Shown: positions 49,752 to 60,453, counted from the stretch's first letter. The stretch: 64,000 bases of DNA from an uncultured Alphaproteobacteria bacterium (GCA_963702825.1 CAVPEE010000026.1:1608-65607); one strand, 5' to 3'. Numbers and translations are program-made. Notes: a model not told the origin generated them from the sequence alone.

Positions 49752-51304
49752 CTAGCCGCCGACCTGGCGAACCGACCTGTCGGCTGCGAGCCCCATTCGG
49801 TCGCTCTCACTCGATACGCGCGTCTTCGCGTGCAGCGTGTCGAGGTTCACGCCGGTCGTCTCAATCCGGAAGAACCACGTGACTGCCGCGCCGAGAACCG
49901 AAGTGACGATCAGGCCATAAAGCAAAGCCTGGGTGCCGATCGAGTCGAGCAGGATGGGAAACAGGAACGCCGTCATGACGGCGCCGATCTTGGCGAAAGC
50001 AGCGGCAAAGCCGGCGCCCTTGCCGCGAATGGCCGTTGGAAACACCTCGCCGGCAAGAAGATAGGTTTGCGCATTCGGGCCGAGGTTGGTCATGAAGTTG
50101 AACAGCATGAACCCGGCGAAGATCAACAGCAGGCTTTCGCCGTCGGAGAAATGCGCCGAAAGCGACGCCAGAAACAGACCGACCGCGCAACCCAGGAAGC
50201 CGAACACCTGCAGCGAAATTCTGCCGACCACGTCCGCGAGCGCGATGGCGAAGACGATGCCAACGAGAAGGAGCGACGTGGTCAGCGCCGCGCCCTTGGC
50301 CGCGTCGATGTCCTGCAAGATCACGTCCGCGATGCTGCGGACGTGGTCGGTCGTTGCGCCGAGCGCCGCGGCGAGGATGGTCGGCGTGAAGATGCCAATG
50401 CCATAGGTTCCGAGATCCTGCAGGAACCACGGGACCGACGCCAGGATGGTCGCGCGCCGGTTTTCCTGTTGAACAGCGCGCCATAGCTCCGATCCTCCGC
50501 GGCCTCAGCCTCGGCCTCGGGCGCGGCGAGCTTGATTTCAGCCGGATATTGCGGCTTGCGCACCAGGAGTCGCTTGGCTTCGCGCTCGGCCTTGTCAATC
50601 TCGCCCCGGCTCGACAGCCAGTTGGCGCTCTCCACAATATAAAAGCGGCCAAGCGTGACCAGCACAGCGGGAATGATCGCGCTGGCGTACATCCAGCGCC
50701 AGGCGCCGAGTTCGGGCAAAACTGACAGAACGAGAAACCCGACGGCTGTGCCGGCGAGCGCGCCCACCGCCTGAAACGCGAACGCGCCAAGCACCAATTT
50801 GCCTCGCGCTGAGCTCGGGATGTTTTCGGAAATGATCATATGCGCGGTCGGGTAGTCGCACCCGAGCGCAAGCCCCAGGCCGAACAGGAAGATCACCACC
50901 TGGACGTAGCTCGACGCAAAGCAGAGGGCCACGAGAAACGCCACGAAGATGATCATCTCTGCGATGAACATGGGCTTGCGGCCGAAGCGGTCCGACAAGC
51001 TGCCGAGCGCGAGAGCGCCGACGAGAATGCCAAACAGGCTCGCCGCGCCGATGACGCCATGTTGATAAGCGGCGATGTTGAACTCGCGCTCGAACAGCGG
51101 AAGCGCGACGCCGGTCATGAAGACGACATAGCCTTCGAAGAATTTGCCGGCGGCGGCGAGGGCCCAGATCAGCCACTGCATACCCGTCATGGGCACGGAT
51201 GGAAGCGCGGTTCCGTCCGCCCACATAGGCAATTCGTCGATATGCTCCTGAACCGACATTCTGCGCGCCACATTGTCGTGGATCGGCGTCGCAATGTTGG
51301 CCAT
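49752..51304 (-). CDS. MFS transporter, Pho84/PHT1 (PHS)-like (frameshift near 50460)
   Basis: SDRFGRK, LGCDYPTAHMIISE, NLGPNAQTYLLAGEVFPT.IRG. Confidence 0.8.
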
Positions 51305-51421
51305 GGCGCCTCATCTCCCTTGAATTGAGCAAAAGCCGGCCGAAACAGGGCGTGGTCCCAAGTCGGCGCTTGCAGGACTGACGGCCGGCGTTCTCCGATG
51401 ACGCCTTTTTCGCGCCTGTTG

Positions 51422-51439
51422 GTGTCGGGTGTATGACAG
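51422..51439 (-). promoter_or_regulatory. Candidate Pho box
   Basis: The minus strand reads CTGTCAT-ACAC-CCGACAC against consensus CTGTCAT-N4-CTGTCA(C/T). Confidence 0.55.
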
Positions 51440-51506
51440 CGGCTGCTCGCCAACGGTCCCGGATAACGCCTTGTCCTCACTCGCCGAGCCTGCGAAGGCA
51501 GCGCGT

Positions 51507-54095
51507 ATGATTGGCTCCGGGCCTCTACCGATTGACGACGTGCTTGGCGCGCTTCGCTCGGCGCTCGCCGATCATTCGAGCGCGGTGCTGGTCGCGCCCC
51601 CAGGCGCTGGCAAGACCACGCGCGCGCCGCTCGCCCTCCTTGACGAGCCTTGGGCGAAGGGCAAACGCCTCATCCTGCTCGAGCCGCGTCGTGTCGCCGC
51701 CCGCGCCGCCGCCGCCCGCATGGCCGCGACCTTGGGCGAAAAGGTTGGCGAGACGATCGGCCTGCGCGTGCGGCTGACGAGCCTCGTCTCGAAGCGCACG
51801 CGCATCGAGGTCGTGACCGAGGGCGTGTTCACGCGCATGATCCTTGCCGATCCCGCGCTCGACGGGGTTGCGGCCGTTCTGTTTGACGAGTTTCACGAAC
51901 GCTCGCTCGACGCCGACCTCGGTCTCGCCTTCGCACTCGACGCGCAGCAAGGTTTGCGTGAAGATTTAAGGCTGCTTGTGATGTCGGCGACGCTCGACGG
52001 CGCGCGCGTGCGCGCGCTTCTCGGTGACGCGCCGCTGATTGAGAGCCACGGCCGCGCCTTCCCGGTCGCGACCCGATATGTCGGTCGCAACTCAGGCGCG
52101 CGCATCGAGGATGAGGTCGCGCGTGTCACGCTCGAGGCGCTCGCAAGCGAAAGCGGCTCGATCCTTGTCTTCCTTCCAGGGCAGGGCGAAATCCGCCGCG
52201 TCGCGGAGACCTTGGAAGCACGTGTCAAGCGCACTGACGTCGACATCGCGCCGCTGTATGGCGCGCTGGACGGCCGCGCCCAGGACCTTGCGGTCGCGCG
52301 AGCGCCTGCGGGGCGGCGCAAGATCGTGCTCGCCACCTCGATCGCCGAGACGTCGCTCACCATCGAGGGCGTGCGCGTCGTCATCGACAGCGGGCTCATG
52401 CGCGTTCCGGTCTATGAACCGGACGTCGGCCTCACTCGAACTCGAAACCAGTGCGCGTGAGCCGAGCCAATGCGGACCAGCGACGCGGGCGCGCCGGCCG
52501 CACGGAGCCTGGCGTCTGCTATCGGTTGTGGGAGGAGGCCGCGAATGGCGGGCTTCAGCCCTATGCCGCGCCGGAAATTCTGTCCGCCGATCTCTCCGGT
52601 CTCGCCCTCGACTGCGCCCTTTGGGGTATCGCCGATCCATCTCGGCTTGCGTTTCTCGATCCGCCCCCGCGCGCCGCACTCAAGGAAGCCCGCGCGCTGC
52701 TGACTGAGATCGGCGCCATCGACGGCGACGGACGCATTACGGAGGAAGGTCGCGCGATCGCGAGTCTTGCGCTGCCGCCGCGCCTCGCGCGCATGGTGGT
52801 CGACGCCGCCCGCGCGGGTGAAGGAGCGATCGCGAGCGAAATCGCCGTCGTGCTCACGGAACGCGGCCTTGGAGGCGATTCCGTCGATCTTGCAATCCGC
52901 CTTGAGGCCTTTCGTCGTGATCGTTCGTCAACGTGCTGAGGATGCGAGACGCCTGGCGCGCGGATTGGCGCAGCGGGTGGAGGCCCTCATCCGGCCTTCG
53001 GCCACCTTCTCCCCGGGGGAGAAGGGCGCGCCCTCCTCTTCCGACAGCCTTTGGGGGAGAGCCGAGCGATCCCTTCTCCCTCGGGGAGAAGGTGGCCGGC
53101 GCAGCCGGTCGGATGAGGGTGCGGCGTCGACTTCAGTCGGCGCGCTGCTCGCGTCGGCCTTCCCTGATCGCATCGCGGCGAGTCGCGGCAAGCGCAGCGA
53201 ATTCCTCATGGCGAACGGCCGGGCGGCGGCGCTGGAAGCGCGTGATCCGTTGGCGGGCGAGCCGTTCCTCGCCATCGGCGAAATCGCCGGCCGCGCGGCT
53301 TCGGCTCGCATCCTCATGGCGGCGGCGCTCGGTCTCGACGACATCGAAAGGATCGCAGGCAGCTCGATCGAGACCGCGGATGAACTGACCTTCGACCGCG
53401 CCTCCGCATCGTTGCGGTCGCGCCGCCGCCGTCGGCTCGGCGCGCTCATCCTTGCCGAGCAGACGCTCGCTGTCCCGCAGAACGAGGCGGCTGCGCTCGC
53501 GCTGGCGCGCGGCGTTTTTGCGCTTGGCCTCGAGCGCCTGCCGTGGACGAAAGCGCTCAAGCAGCGGCGGGACCGGGTGATGTTCCTGCGGCGCGCCGAG
53601 GGTGAGGCGTGGCCGGACCTGTCGGACGAGGCGCTTGCCGCCGATCCTGACTGGCTGGCGCCGTTCCTCGTCGGCAAGACGAAGCTCGACGAGATTGGCG
53701 CTGATGACCTTGCCAGCGCTCTCGATGCGGCGCTGCCTTGGGACTTGGCGCGGCGTCTTGCTGATGAAGCGCCGACCCATTTTCAGGCGCCGACCGGGAC
53801 CGCGGCGCCGATCGACTACGAAGCCGAAGGCGGCCCGGCGATTGCGCTGCGCGTGCAGGAGCTCTTCGGGCTCAACGAGCATCCGGCGCTGGCCGGCGGC
53901 CGCATTCCGCTGACCCTGCATTTGCTCTCGCCCGCCAACCGCCCGATCCAGATCACGCGCGACCTACCGGGCTTTTGGCGCGGCTCCTGGGCGGCCGTGC
54001 GCTCCGACCTGCGCGGCCGCTATCCCCGCCATTCCTGGCCCGAGGACCCCGCCGCAGCCACACCGACCGCCCGAGCGAAGCCGAGAGGAACGTAG
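51507..54095 (+). CDS. hrpB: ATP-dependent helicase HrpB (frameshifts near 52445 and 52930)
   Basis: APPGAGKTT, DEFHER, MSAT, ATSIAETSLTI, QRRGRAGR, RGRYPRH.WP. Confidence 0.92.
52984..53119. repeat. Paired REP-like palindromes inside hrpB
   Basis: CCCTCATCCGGCC..CCTTCTCCC..GGGAGAAGGG with an inverted partner ending GGTCGGATGAGGG. Confidence 0.8.
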
Positions 54096-54138
54096 GCGCA
54101 AAGCGGGCATTGGGCTCGCAAGGCAAGCAAGCCTCGCC

Positions 54139-54764
54139 TCACGCCACGAGCTTGGCGAGTCGCTTGGGCGCGACCAGCCGATAGCTGCGGCGGATGAAGG
54201 CCTCGACCTCCCGCCAGTCGGCCGCTTCGTCCAAGCCGACGCCGATCCAGCCCTTGGCGCCAAATATGGGGGAATGAAAAACGGTGCATGCACCGTCGTA
54301 TCGAAGCCAGCGGTGAGCACCGACCGGACCAGCAGTTCCGCCTCCCGCCGCGTTACTCGCCCGCGTCGGCTCGGCTTGGATCATCGCCCGGATGCCGTCG
54401 TCCGCAGCGCCTCACCTTGCACCACAGCGCAAGCCTCGTCGTGCGGCGCTCCACGGCCGCTCGAGGGCGAAGATCTTGTCTGGCGAACATGTTGAACGCC
54501 GTCGCCGCATAGGGCAACAGGTGCTCGCGGCCTTGGCTCGAGAGCCCGATCGCGTCCGGCAGCACCATCATCGGGTAGACTTCGGCGCAATCGGCCATGG
54601 CGTCGAAGCGGACCTTTCGCACAAGGTCGTCCGCGAGTTCGCCGGCGGCCGCGGCGAAACGGCCGCGAAGTATGTACCGTCGCGCGGCGCATGACCTCCT
54701 CGTTCGCCTCCGGAAGCGCAAGGCAAATTGAACGTAAGCGCGCACCGATCGCGTCGAGCGGCAT
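54139..54764 (-). pseudogene. MmcQ/YjbR family gene interleaved with cytochrome P450 fragments
   Basis: [32 protein letters not shown]...DW.EV..FI..SYRLVAPK pieces separated by CYP199-like peptides. Confidence 0.6.
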
Positions 54765-54851
54765 TTGACGGTTCCATCTCTCGCACTACCAGTTTATCAC
54801 GGTGCGCGGCGCATTGACCCCGCCGCCGGCTCAGCCGTACCGTCGCCGCCA

Positions 54852-56094
54852 ATGGCTCTCGACCTCTCCTCCTTTGATCGCGAACTCGTGGATGGCGCGC
54901 ATGGCGCTGGCGCAGCCTTCGCCATGCGCCTCCTTATGCGCTTCGCCGAAGCCGTCGATGCGCGCTCGTTCATCGACATCGAGGCGGCGCATATCGATGG
55001 CTGTCTCTATCACGGACGCGCGAGCCTCGACTTCGCCGAACGGATGATCGAACTCGGCGGCAAGGTTCGCGTGCCGACAACCCTCAATGTCGGATCGGTC
55101 GACCTTATCCATCCCGAGCTCTTTCGCGGAACGAAGGAGCATGCGGAGAACGGAGCTCGGCTCATGCATGCGCATGTCGAGCTCGGGTGCGCGCCCACCT
55201 TTACCTGCGCCCCCTATCAAACCGCTTGGCGCCCGCGCTTCGGCGCGCAGATCGCCTGGGGAGAATCGAACGCGATCGTCTTCGCCAATTCGGTGATCGG
55301 CGCGCGCACCAACCGCTATGGCGATTTTATCGACCTCTGCTGCGCCATGACCGGCCGCGCCCCCGCATACGGCCTGCACCTGACCGAAAATCGCGCCGCG
55401 CGGGCTTTGGTCGAGATCGTCTCGATCCCGGAGGATTGGGACAACGAGCGGCTTGCGGTTGCGGTCGGCCATACGATCGGTCGCCGCTGCGGCGGCCTCG
55501 TTCCAGCGATCGTCGGCTTGCCCGGCGCCATGAGCGAAGACGATTTGAAAGCGCTGGGCGCCGCCGCCGCTTCGTCCGGCGCGGTGGCGCTGTTTCATGT
55601 CGTGGGCGTGACGCCCGAAGCGCCGGACCTTGAGACGGCGTGCGGAGGGCTCGCCACCTGAGCTTCGCCTACAAGTGACGGCCGAACATTTGCGCGAGGC
55701 TGCCCGCTCACTCTCCAACGTCGCTGATGGCGCGCCGCTTGGCGCGGTCTCGCTCGGCACGCCGCATTTCTCGATAGCGGAATTCGCTCGCCTCATGCCG
55801 CTCCTCGACGGCGAGCGCCCGCTCATCGATATCTTCGTCAACTGCAGCCGCGTGACGCTGGATGAAGTCCGCAAGCAAGGCTGGCAAGCGCCGCTTCGCG
55901 CCGCCCGGGTGACTCTGATCGCCGACACCTGCGTTTACGTCAGCGCTCTGATGAAGCCCGGCGTCGGGGCGATCATGACCAACTCCGGCAAATGCGCCTA
56001 TTACGCGCCGGGTAATCTCGGCGTCGAGATCGCCTACGGGTCGCTCGCCGAATGCGTCGCCTCGGCGCGCGCCGGCAAGGTGGTGCGACTATGA
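54852..56094 (+). CDS. Aconitase X catalytic subunit (DUF521), frameshift near 55630
   Basis: AHIDGC, PTTLN, TFTCAPY, AWGESNA..FANSV.GARTNRY, LGTPH, DTC, TNSGK.A.YAPG. Confidence 0.88.
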
Positions 56095-56522
56095 GCGCGC
56101 GTGCGTTCGCAGCTGTGACCCTTGTTCCCGGCGCCGCATCCGGGCCGATCCTGCGGCTCGACGAACCGCTCAGCTTCTGGGGCGGGCTCAATTCAGCGAC
56201 AGGAACGATCATCGATCGCCTACACCCTCAGCGCGGCGCATGCGTCGCGGGCCGCATCTTGATGATGCCGACTGGGCGCGGCTCAAGCTCGGGCAGCGCC
56301 ACGCTTGCCGAGGCGCTGCGCCTCGGCAATGGGCCGGCGGCGATCCTGATGCTGGAGCGTGACGCCATCGTCGTTGTCGGCGCGATGGTTGCAGCCGAAC
56401 TCTACGGACTTGCGTGTCCCGTCGCGGTAGCCAACGGCGAAGACTGGGAAGCGCTGGCGGCCGAGGCCAGCCTCACACTTGAGGCCGGCCCAGACGGCGC
56501 TGCGATCAGCGCCGACCTTTGA
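56091..56522 (+). CDS. Aconitase X swivel subunit (DUF126)
   Basis: PLSFWGG..G.IID..HP, GRGSSSGS. Confidence 0.88.
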   Translation: MSARAFAAVTLVPGAASGPILRLDEPLSFWGGLNSATGTIIDRLHPQRGACVAGRILMMPTGRGSSSGSATLAEALRLGNGPAAILMLERDAIVVVGAMVAAELYGLACPVAVANGEDWEALAAEASLTLEAGPDGAAISADL

Positions 56523-57834
56523 CCTCACGCCCAAGGCGCGCGCCGCCCGAGCGAAAGTCCGGACGATGGCCCGATCGGGACTCGACGGCGACAGGCCTGC
56601 CGCCTCGCGCGTCTCGATGCGGCGCGTGATGCGGACGTTTCGGCGACGGCGCGGCCACTGCCGCGCTGGCCGCCTTGCGCACGACGGGCGCGGGCTTCGG
56701 GCCCGCCGCGCCGCGACGATCGGTCTTGAACAGAGTAAGCCGCGTCAGGCGCTCGATCGCCCGCAAGAGATCGCGTTCTTCATGATCGCAAAGCGAGATC
56801 GCCTGTCCTGCTTTGCCTGCTCGCGCGGTGCGGCCGATGCGATGAACATAGGCCTCGGCGACCTGCGGCAGTTCAAAATTGACGACATGGCTGACGCCGT
56901 CGATGTCGATGCCGCGCGCCGCGATGTCGGTCGCAACGAGCGCGCGCGTCTCCCCGCCTCGGAAGGCGGCCAACGCGCGCTCGCGCTGGCCTTGGCTCTT
57001 GTTGCCATGAATGGCGGAAGCGTCGATGCCCGCCTCGTCGAGGGTGCGGGCGACGCGGTCGGCGCCGTGCTTGGTGCGGGTGAAGACGATAACGCGCGTG
57101 AGTTCGGTATCGTTGAACAGTTCGACCAGCAGGTCGCGCTTCTTCGCCGCTTCGATAAGGAGGACGTTATGCTCGACGCGGTCGGCGGTCTTCGCTGCCG
57201 GCGTCACCGAGACCTCAATCGGGTCCCGCAGCAATTCGCCGGCGAGCGCGCGAATGTCCGTGGGCATCGTCGCGGAGAAGAACAGGTTCTGCCGCTGCCT
57301 GGGCAATTCCCGGACGATGCGGCGGATCGGCTTGACGAAGCCGAGGTCAAGCATCTGGTCGACTTCGTCGAGCACCAGAAATTCGACCGCGTTGAGACGC
57401 GCGACGCCGGCGTCGAGATGATCGAGGAGCCGACCGGGCGTCGCGACCAGCACATCGAGGCCGGCTTGAAGCGCGCGAATCTGAGCGCCATGCGGCACGC
57501 CGCCGAACACGACCGCGATCTTGAGCCCAAGCCCGTCGGATAGGTCACGGAAGCTTTGGGCGATCTGGCTCGCGAGTTCGCGCGTCGGGCTCAGCACGAG
57601 CACGCGCGCGCCGCCCTTCGGCGCTGGGCGCCGGTCGGTCACGATCCGGTTGAGAATCGGAAGCGCAAAAGCGGCCGTCTTGCCAGTGCCTGTCTGAGCG
57701 ATGCCGATGAGGTCCCGGCCCTTCATCAGCGGCGGGATGGCCTGGACCTGAATCGGGGTCGGTCGCGCAAAGCCAAGCTTGGCCAGCGCAGTATTGAGGG
57801 GCGCGGCGAGGCCGAACCCGTGAAAATTATCCAA
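56506..57834 (-). CDS. DEAD-box RNA helicase (RhlE-like)
   Basis: AQTGTGKT, PTRELA, DEVD, SAT, ARGID, HRIGRTARAG. Confidence 0.93.
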   Translation of the reverse strand: MDNFHGFGLAAPLNTALAKLGFARPTPIQVQAIPPLMKGRDLIGIAQTGTGKTAAFALPILNRIVTDRRPAPKGGARVLVLSPTRELASQIAQSFRDLSDGLGLKIAVVFGGVPHGAQIRALQAGLDVLVATPGRLLDHLDAGVARLNAVEFLVLDEVDQMLDLGFVKPIRRIVRELPRQRQNLFFSATMPTDIRALAGELLRDPIEVSVTPAAKTADRVEHNVLLIEAAKKRDLLVELFNDTELTRVIVFTRTKHGADRVARTLDEAGIDASAIHGNKSQGQRERALAAFRGGETRALVATDIAARGIDIDGVSHVVNFELPQVAEAYVHRIGRTARAGKAGQAISLCDHEERDLLRAIERLTRLTLFKTDRRGAAGPKPAPVVRKAASAAVAAPSPKRPHHAPHRDARGGRPVAVESRSGHRPDFRSGGARLGREVKGRR

Positions 57835-58131
57835 GGTGAAAGTCTTTCAAAATGCCGCGGCGACGCGAGACGCGCCTATGGCGGCGGGGGGTTAGGGAAC
57901 GCCCCGCGTGTCCGGACGTCGAATGAGGATTAAGGGCGGTCGGCAGGCGGACTGAAAGTCCTTCACGCGGCCGGAGCGCCAATGACCGCGCAATGGCGGC
58001 TTGATCCGCATGTGGACTGGAGGAGCCGCAAAGTCAAGAGCGCACGCACCCTAATGCTGTCGCCCGCCTCGGATTGACCACGGCTCCCGCCAATGCGAGG
58101 AACCGCTTCTGCAAAAAATTCGAGAGGGGCG

Positions 58132-59131
58132 ATGAGCGCGACGGTCGAGGTCTTGGGGCTGGGCAATTCACTTGTCGATCTTCTTGCCTATGCGGACGAC
58201 AATTATCTGTCCGCCCAGGAGATGCTGAAGGGCGCGATGAACCTCATCGACGAGGATCGCGCCGAGGCGCTGTACGCCGCCCGCGTCGATCCGCGCGTGA
58301 TCTCAGGCGGCTCGGCCGCCAACACCATCGTCGGCGTCGCCTCGTTTGGCGTCTCCGCCGCCTATATCGGCAAGGTCAAGCAAGACCCGCTCGGCGCGAC
58401 ATTCGCGGACGACATCCGCTCGACCGGGGTCGCTTTCTCGACCTCGCCTGCCGAGCAAGGACCGAGCACAGGGCGCTGCTTCATTTATGTCACGCCGGAT
58501 GGCGAGCGGACGATGAACACTTACCTCGGCGCGAGCTCCTATCTCGCCCCCGTGGACGTTGACGAGGCGTTGGTCAAATCGGCGAAGGTCGTTTATCTCG
58601 AGGGCTACATGTGGGACCGCCCAGCGGCCAAGGCGGCGTTCCAGAAAGCGGGCGAGATCGCCCGCGCCGCCAACCGCCGGGTGGCGCTCACTCTGTCGGA
58701 TTCCTTCTGCGTGGACCGGTTCCGCGGCGAATTCATCGAGCTCATGCGCTCAGCGGACCGTCGACACGATCTTTGCCAACACCGACGAGATCCTGTCGCT
58801 GTACGAGACGCCGAATTTCAACGAGGCGCTCGACAGTCTGCGCGCGGAGGGCGTGCTTGGCGTCGTCACTCGCTCGGAAAAGGGCTGCATCATCGTCGAT
58901 GGTGATCAGACTTGGGAGGTTCCCGCCTTCCCAATCGCCAAGCTGGTCGACACGACAGGCGCAGGCGACATGTTCGCTGCGGGCTTCCTCGCTGGGCTCG
59001 CCCGGGGGCGAGACATGGTTACTTGCGGGCGGCTTGGCGTGCTCGCTGCGGCAGAGATCATTCAGCATATCGGCGCGCGGCCCAGTGTCTCGTTGGCGGG
59101 GCTGGCGAAAGAGAACGACGTCGCGCTTTAA
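58132..59131 (+). CDS. PfkB family adenosine kinase (frameshift near 58755)
   Basis: GGSAANT, ERTMNTYLGA, YLEGY.WD, DTTGAGD.FAAGF. Confidence 0.9.
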
Positions 59132-59164
59132 ATCCCCTCCAGCATCGTCAAAGGCGACGGCGCC

Positions 59165-59500
59165 TTAGCCAACAACGACTTCACCAATCAGTGCAGCTTC
59201 CTCGCCTTCTGGAAGGGTCACAAGTTCTCGAGTCTCACGATGGCCCAGGACGGCGGCCCAACGGGCTACGAGGCGTTCGTTCCGGCGATCCGGATCATGT
59301 CCGGCCAGAAGCCGAAGGTGAACACGATCTTCTTTCCGTTGCCGATCATCACCAACGACAACATCGACGACTATTACGATCCATCAATGACAGTGCAGAG
59401 CACCTGTTTCGCCAACGGCAAGGATCGCCACCTGGTCACCGACGCCTATTATGACCAGTTTTTCACCGGCGGCGAAAAAGCGCCGGCGCTGACACCGTAG
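59165..59500 (+). pseudogene. C-terminal fragment of a sugar ABC substrate-binding protein
   Basis: AIRIMSGQKPK..IFFPLPIITNDNIDDYY. No signal peptide or N-terminal domain fits after the kinase stop. Confidence 0.45.
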
Positions 59501-59544
59501 AACGCGCTGCTTTTGGATCGGGGCGGCCGAAGAGGAAGCGGATC

Positions 59545-59830
59545 GCATAACAATCTATTGCAGAAAATCAGAAATAAAGCTAAGCTTGCGGGATGAGCAA
59601 TCCTGCGCCGTCTGAATGCCCAAGGGCCTTGGCGCCCGTTCCCGTGCTTCTGCCGGCGGAAAAGGGCGCGAGAATTTTTTTCTTGCGAAAAATCCTCGTA
59701 ACTCATTGATAAGTCACGATTCGGACGAGAGAATCCAAGGAAATCCAAGGACAATCCAACGCTCAAAATTGGGGGTCTTCGCAGCGAAACGGCCGAGCGC
59801 CAAGAAAACCCAAACGAACCGAGGATCTAT
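59545..59830 (+). repeat. Dispersed intergenic element, copy C
   Basis: TTGCAG-17-TAAGCT (59558-59586), TGCAG-N5-CAGAA, exact IHF consensus TAA-CTCA-TTGATA (59699-59711), tandem AATCCAAGG. Confidence 0.5.
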
Positions 59831-60453
59831 TCGGACGCGGACCCCGTCTTCGCCTTCGTCTCGGTGAGATGGCGCTTGAAGTCGCTCATGGAGGCGAACT
59901 GGAACGTGCCCTCGCCCGTTTCGGCCTCGATCGAGCCGTCGGAGAAGATCTTGTAATTGGCCCCGGCCGACGAATAGCTGCCGATCAGGCTCGGCGGCCC
60001 ATGCGGCTCTTCCGGCGTCTCGAGAACCGTTTCGATCGCCTCGAGCGAAGGCAGATGCCCGCTGCGGTTGAAGTTGATCGGGCTCTCGTCCTCGGCCCCA
60101 AGCGCTTCGTCCACGTTTTCCGAAGTCCGCGCTTCAATCGCCGATAGCGCGGCGGAAACGTGCTCGGCCGGAGCGGTCTCGGCTGGGGGCGCCGCCTCGA
60201 AGGCTGCCGGAACGGCCAAAGGCATAGCGGATTGCCGCACGAGTTTCGTGAGCGCGCCGATCCGCCAGGTCAGAACTCCAATGGCGAACGTCACCACCGC
60301 GCCGCAAGCGGCGACCGCACCGATCAGCGCATACAAAACGCCGATGCTCGTCGGCAAAAGGTCGATGCTCTGATATCCGCTCGCCGCGGCGGCGATCAGC
60401 AAAATGAGGCTCAAGATGAAGATCAGGATCGTCACGAGACCGCCAACGCCCAC
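59827..60453 (-). CDS. Hypothetical membrane protein
   Basis: Two N-terminal TMs, acidic linker, C-terminal Y.IFSDGSIEAE..G..QF.S motif. Start uncertain. Confidence 0.7.
   Translation of the reverse strand: MGVGGLVTILIFILSLILLIAAAASGYQSIDLLPTSIGVLYALIGAVAACGAVVTFAIGVLTWRIGALTKLVRQSAMPLAVPAAFEAAPPAETAPAEHVSAALSAIEARTSENVDEALGAEDESPINFNRSGHLPSLEAIETVLETPEEPHGPPSLIGSYSSAGANYKIFSDGSIEAETGEGTFQFASMSDFKRHLTETKAKTGSASE

Noticed and set aside
59730-59760. Tandem AATCCAAGG as a CRISPR array
   Set aside because: Units are about 10 bp with no spacers and no cas genes.
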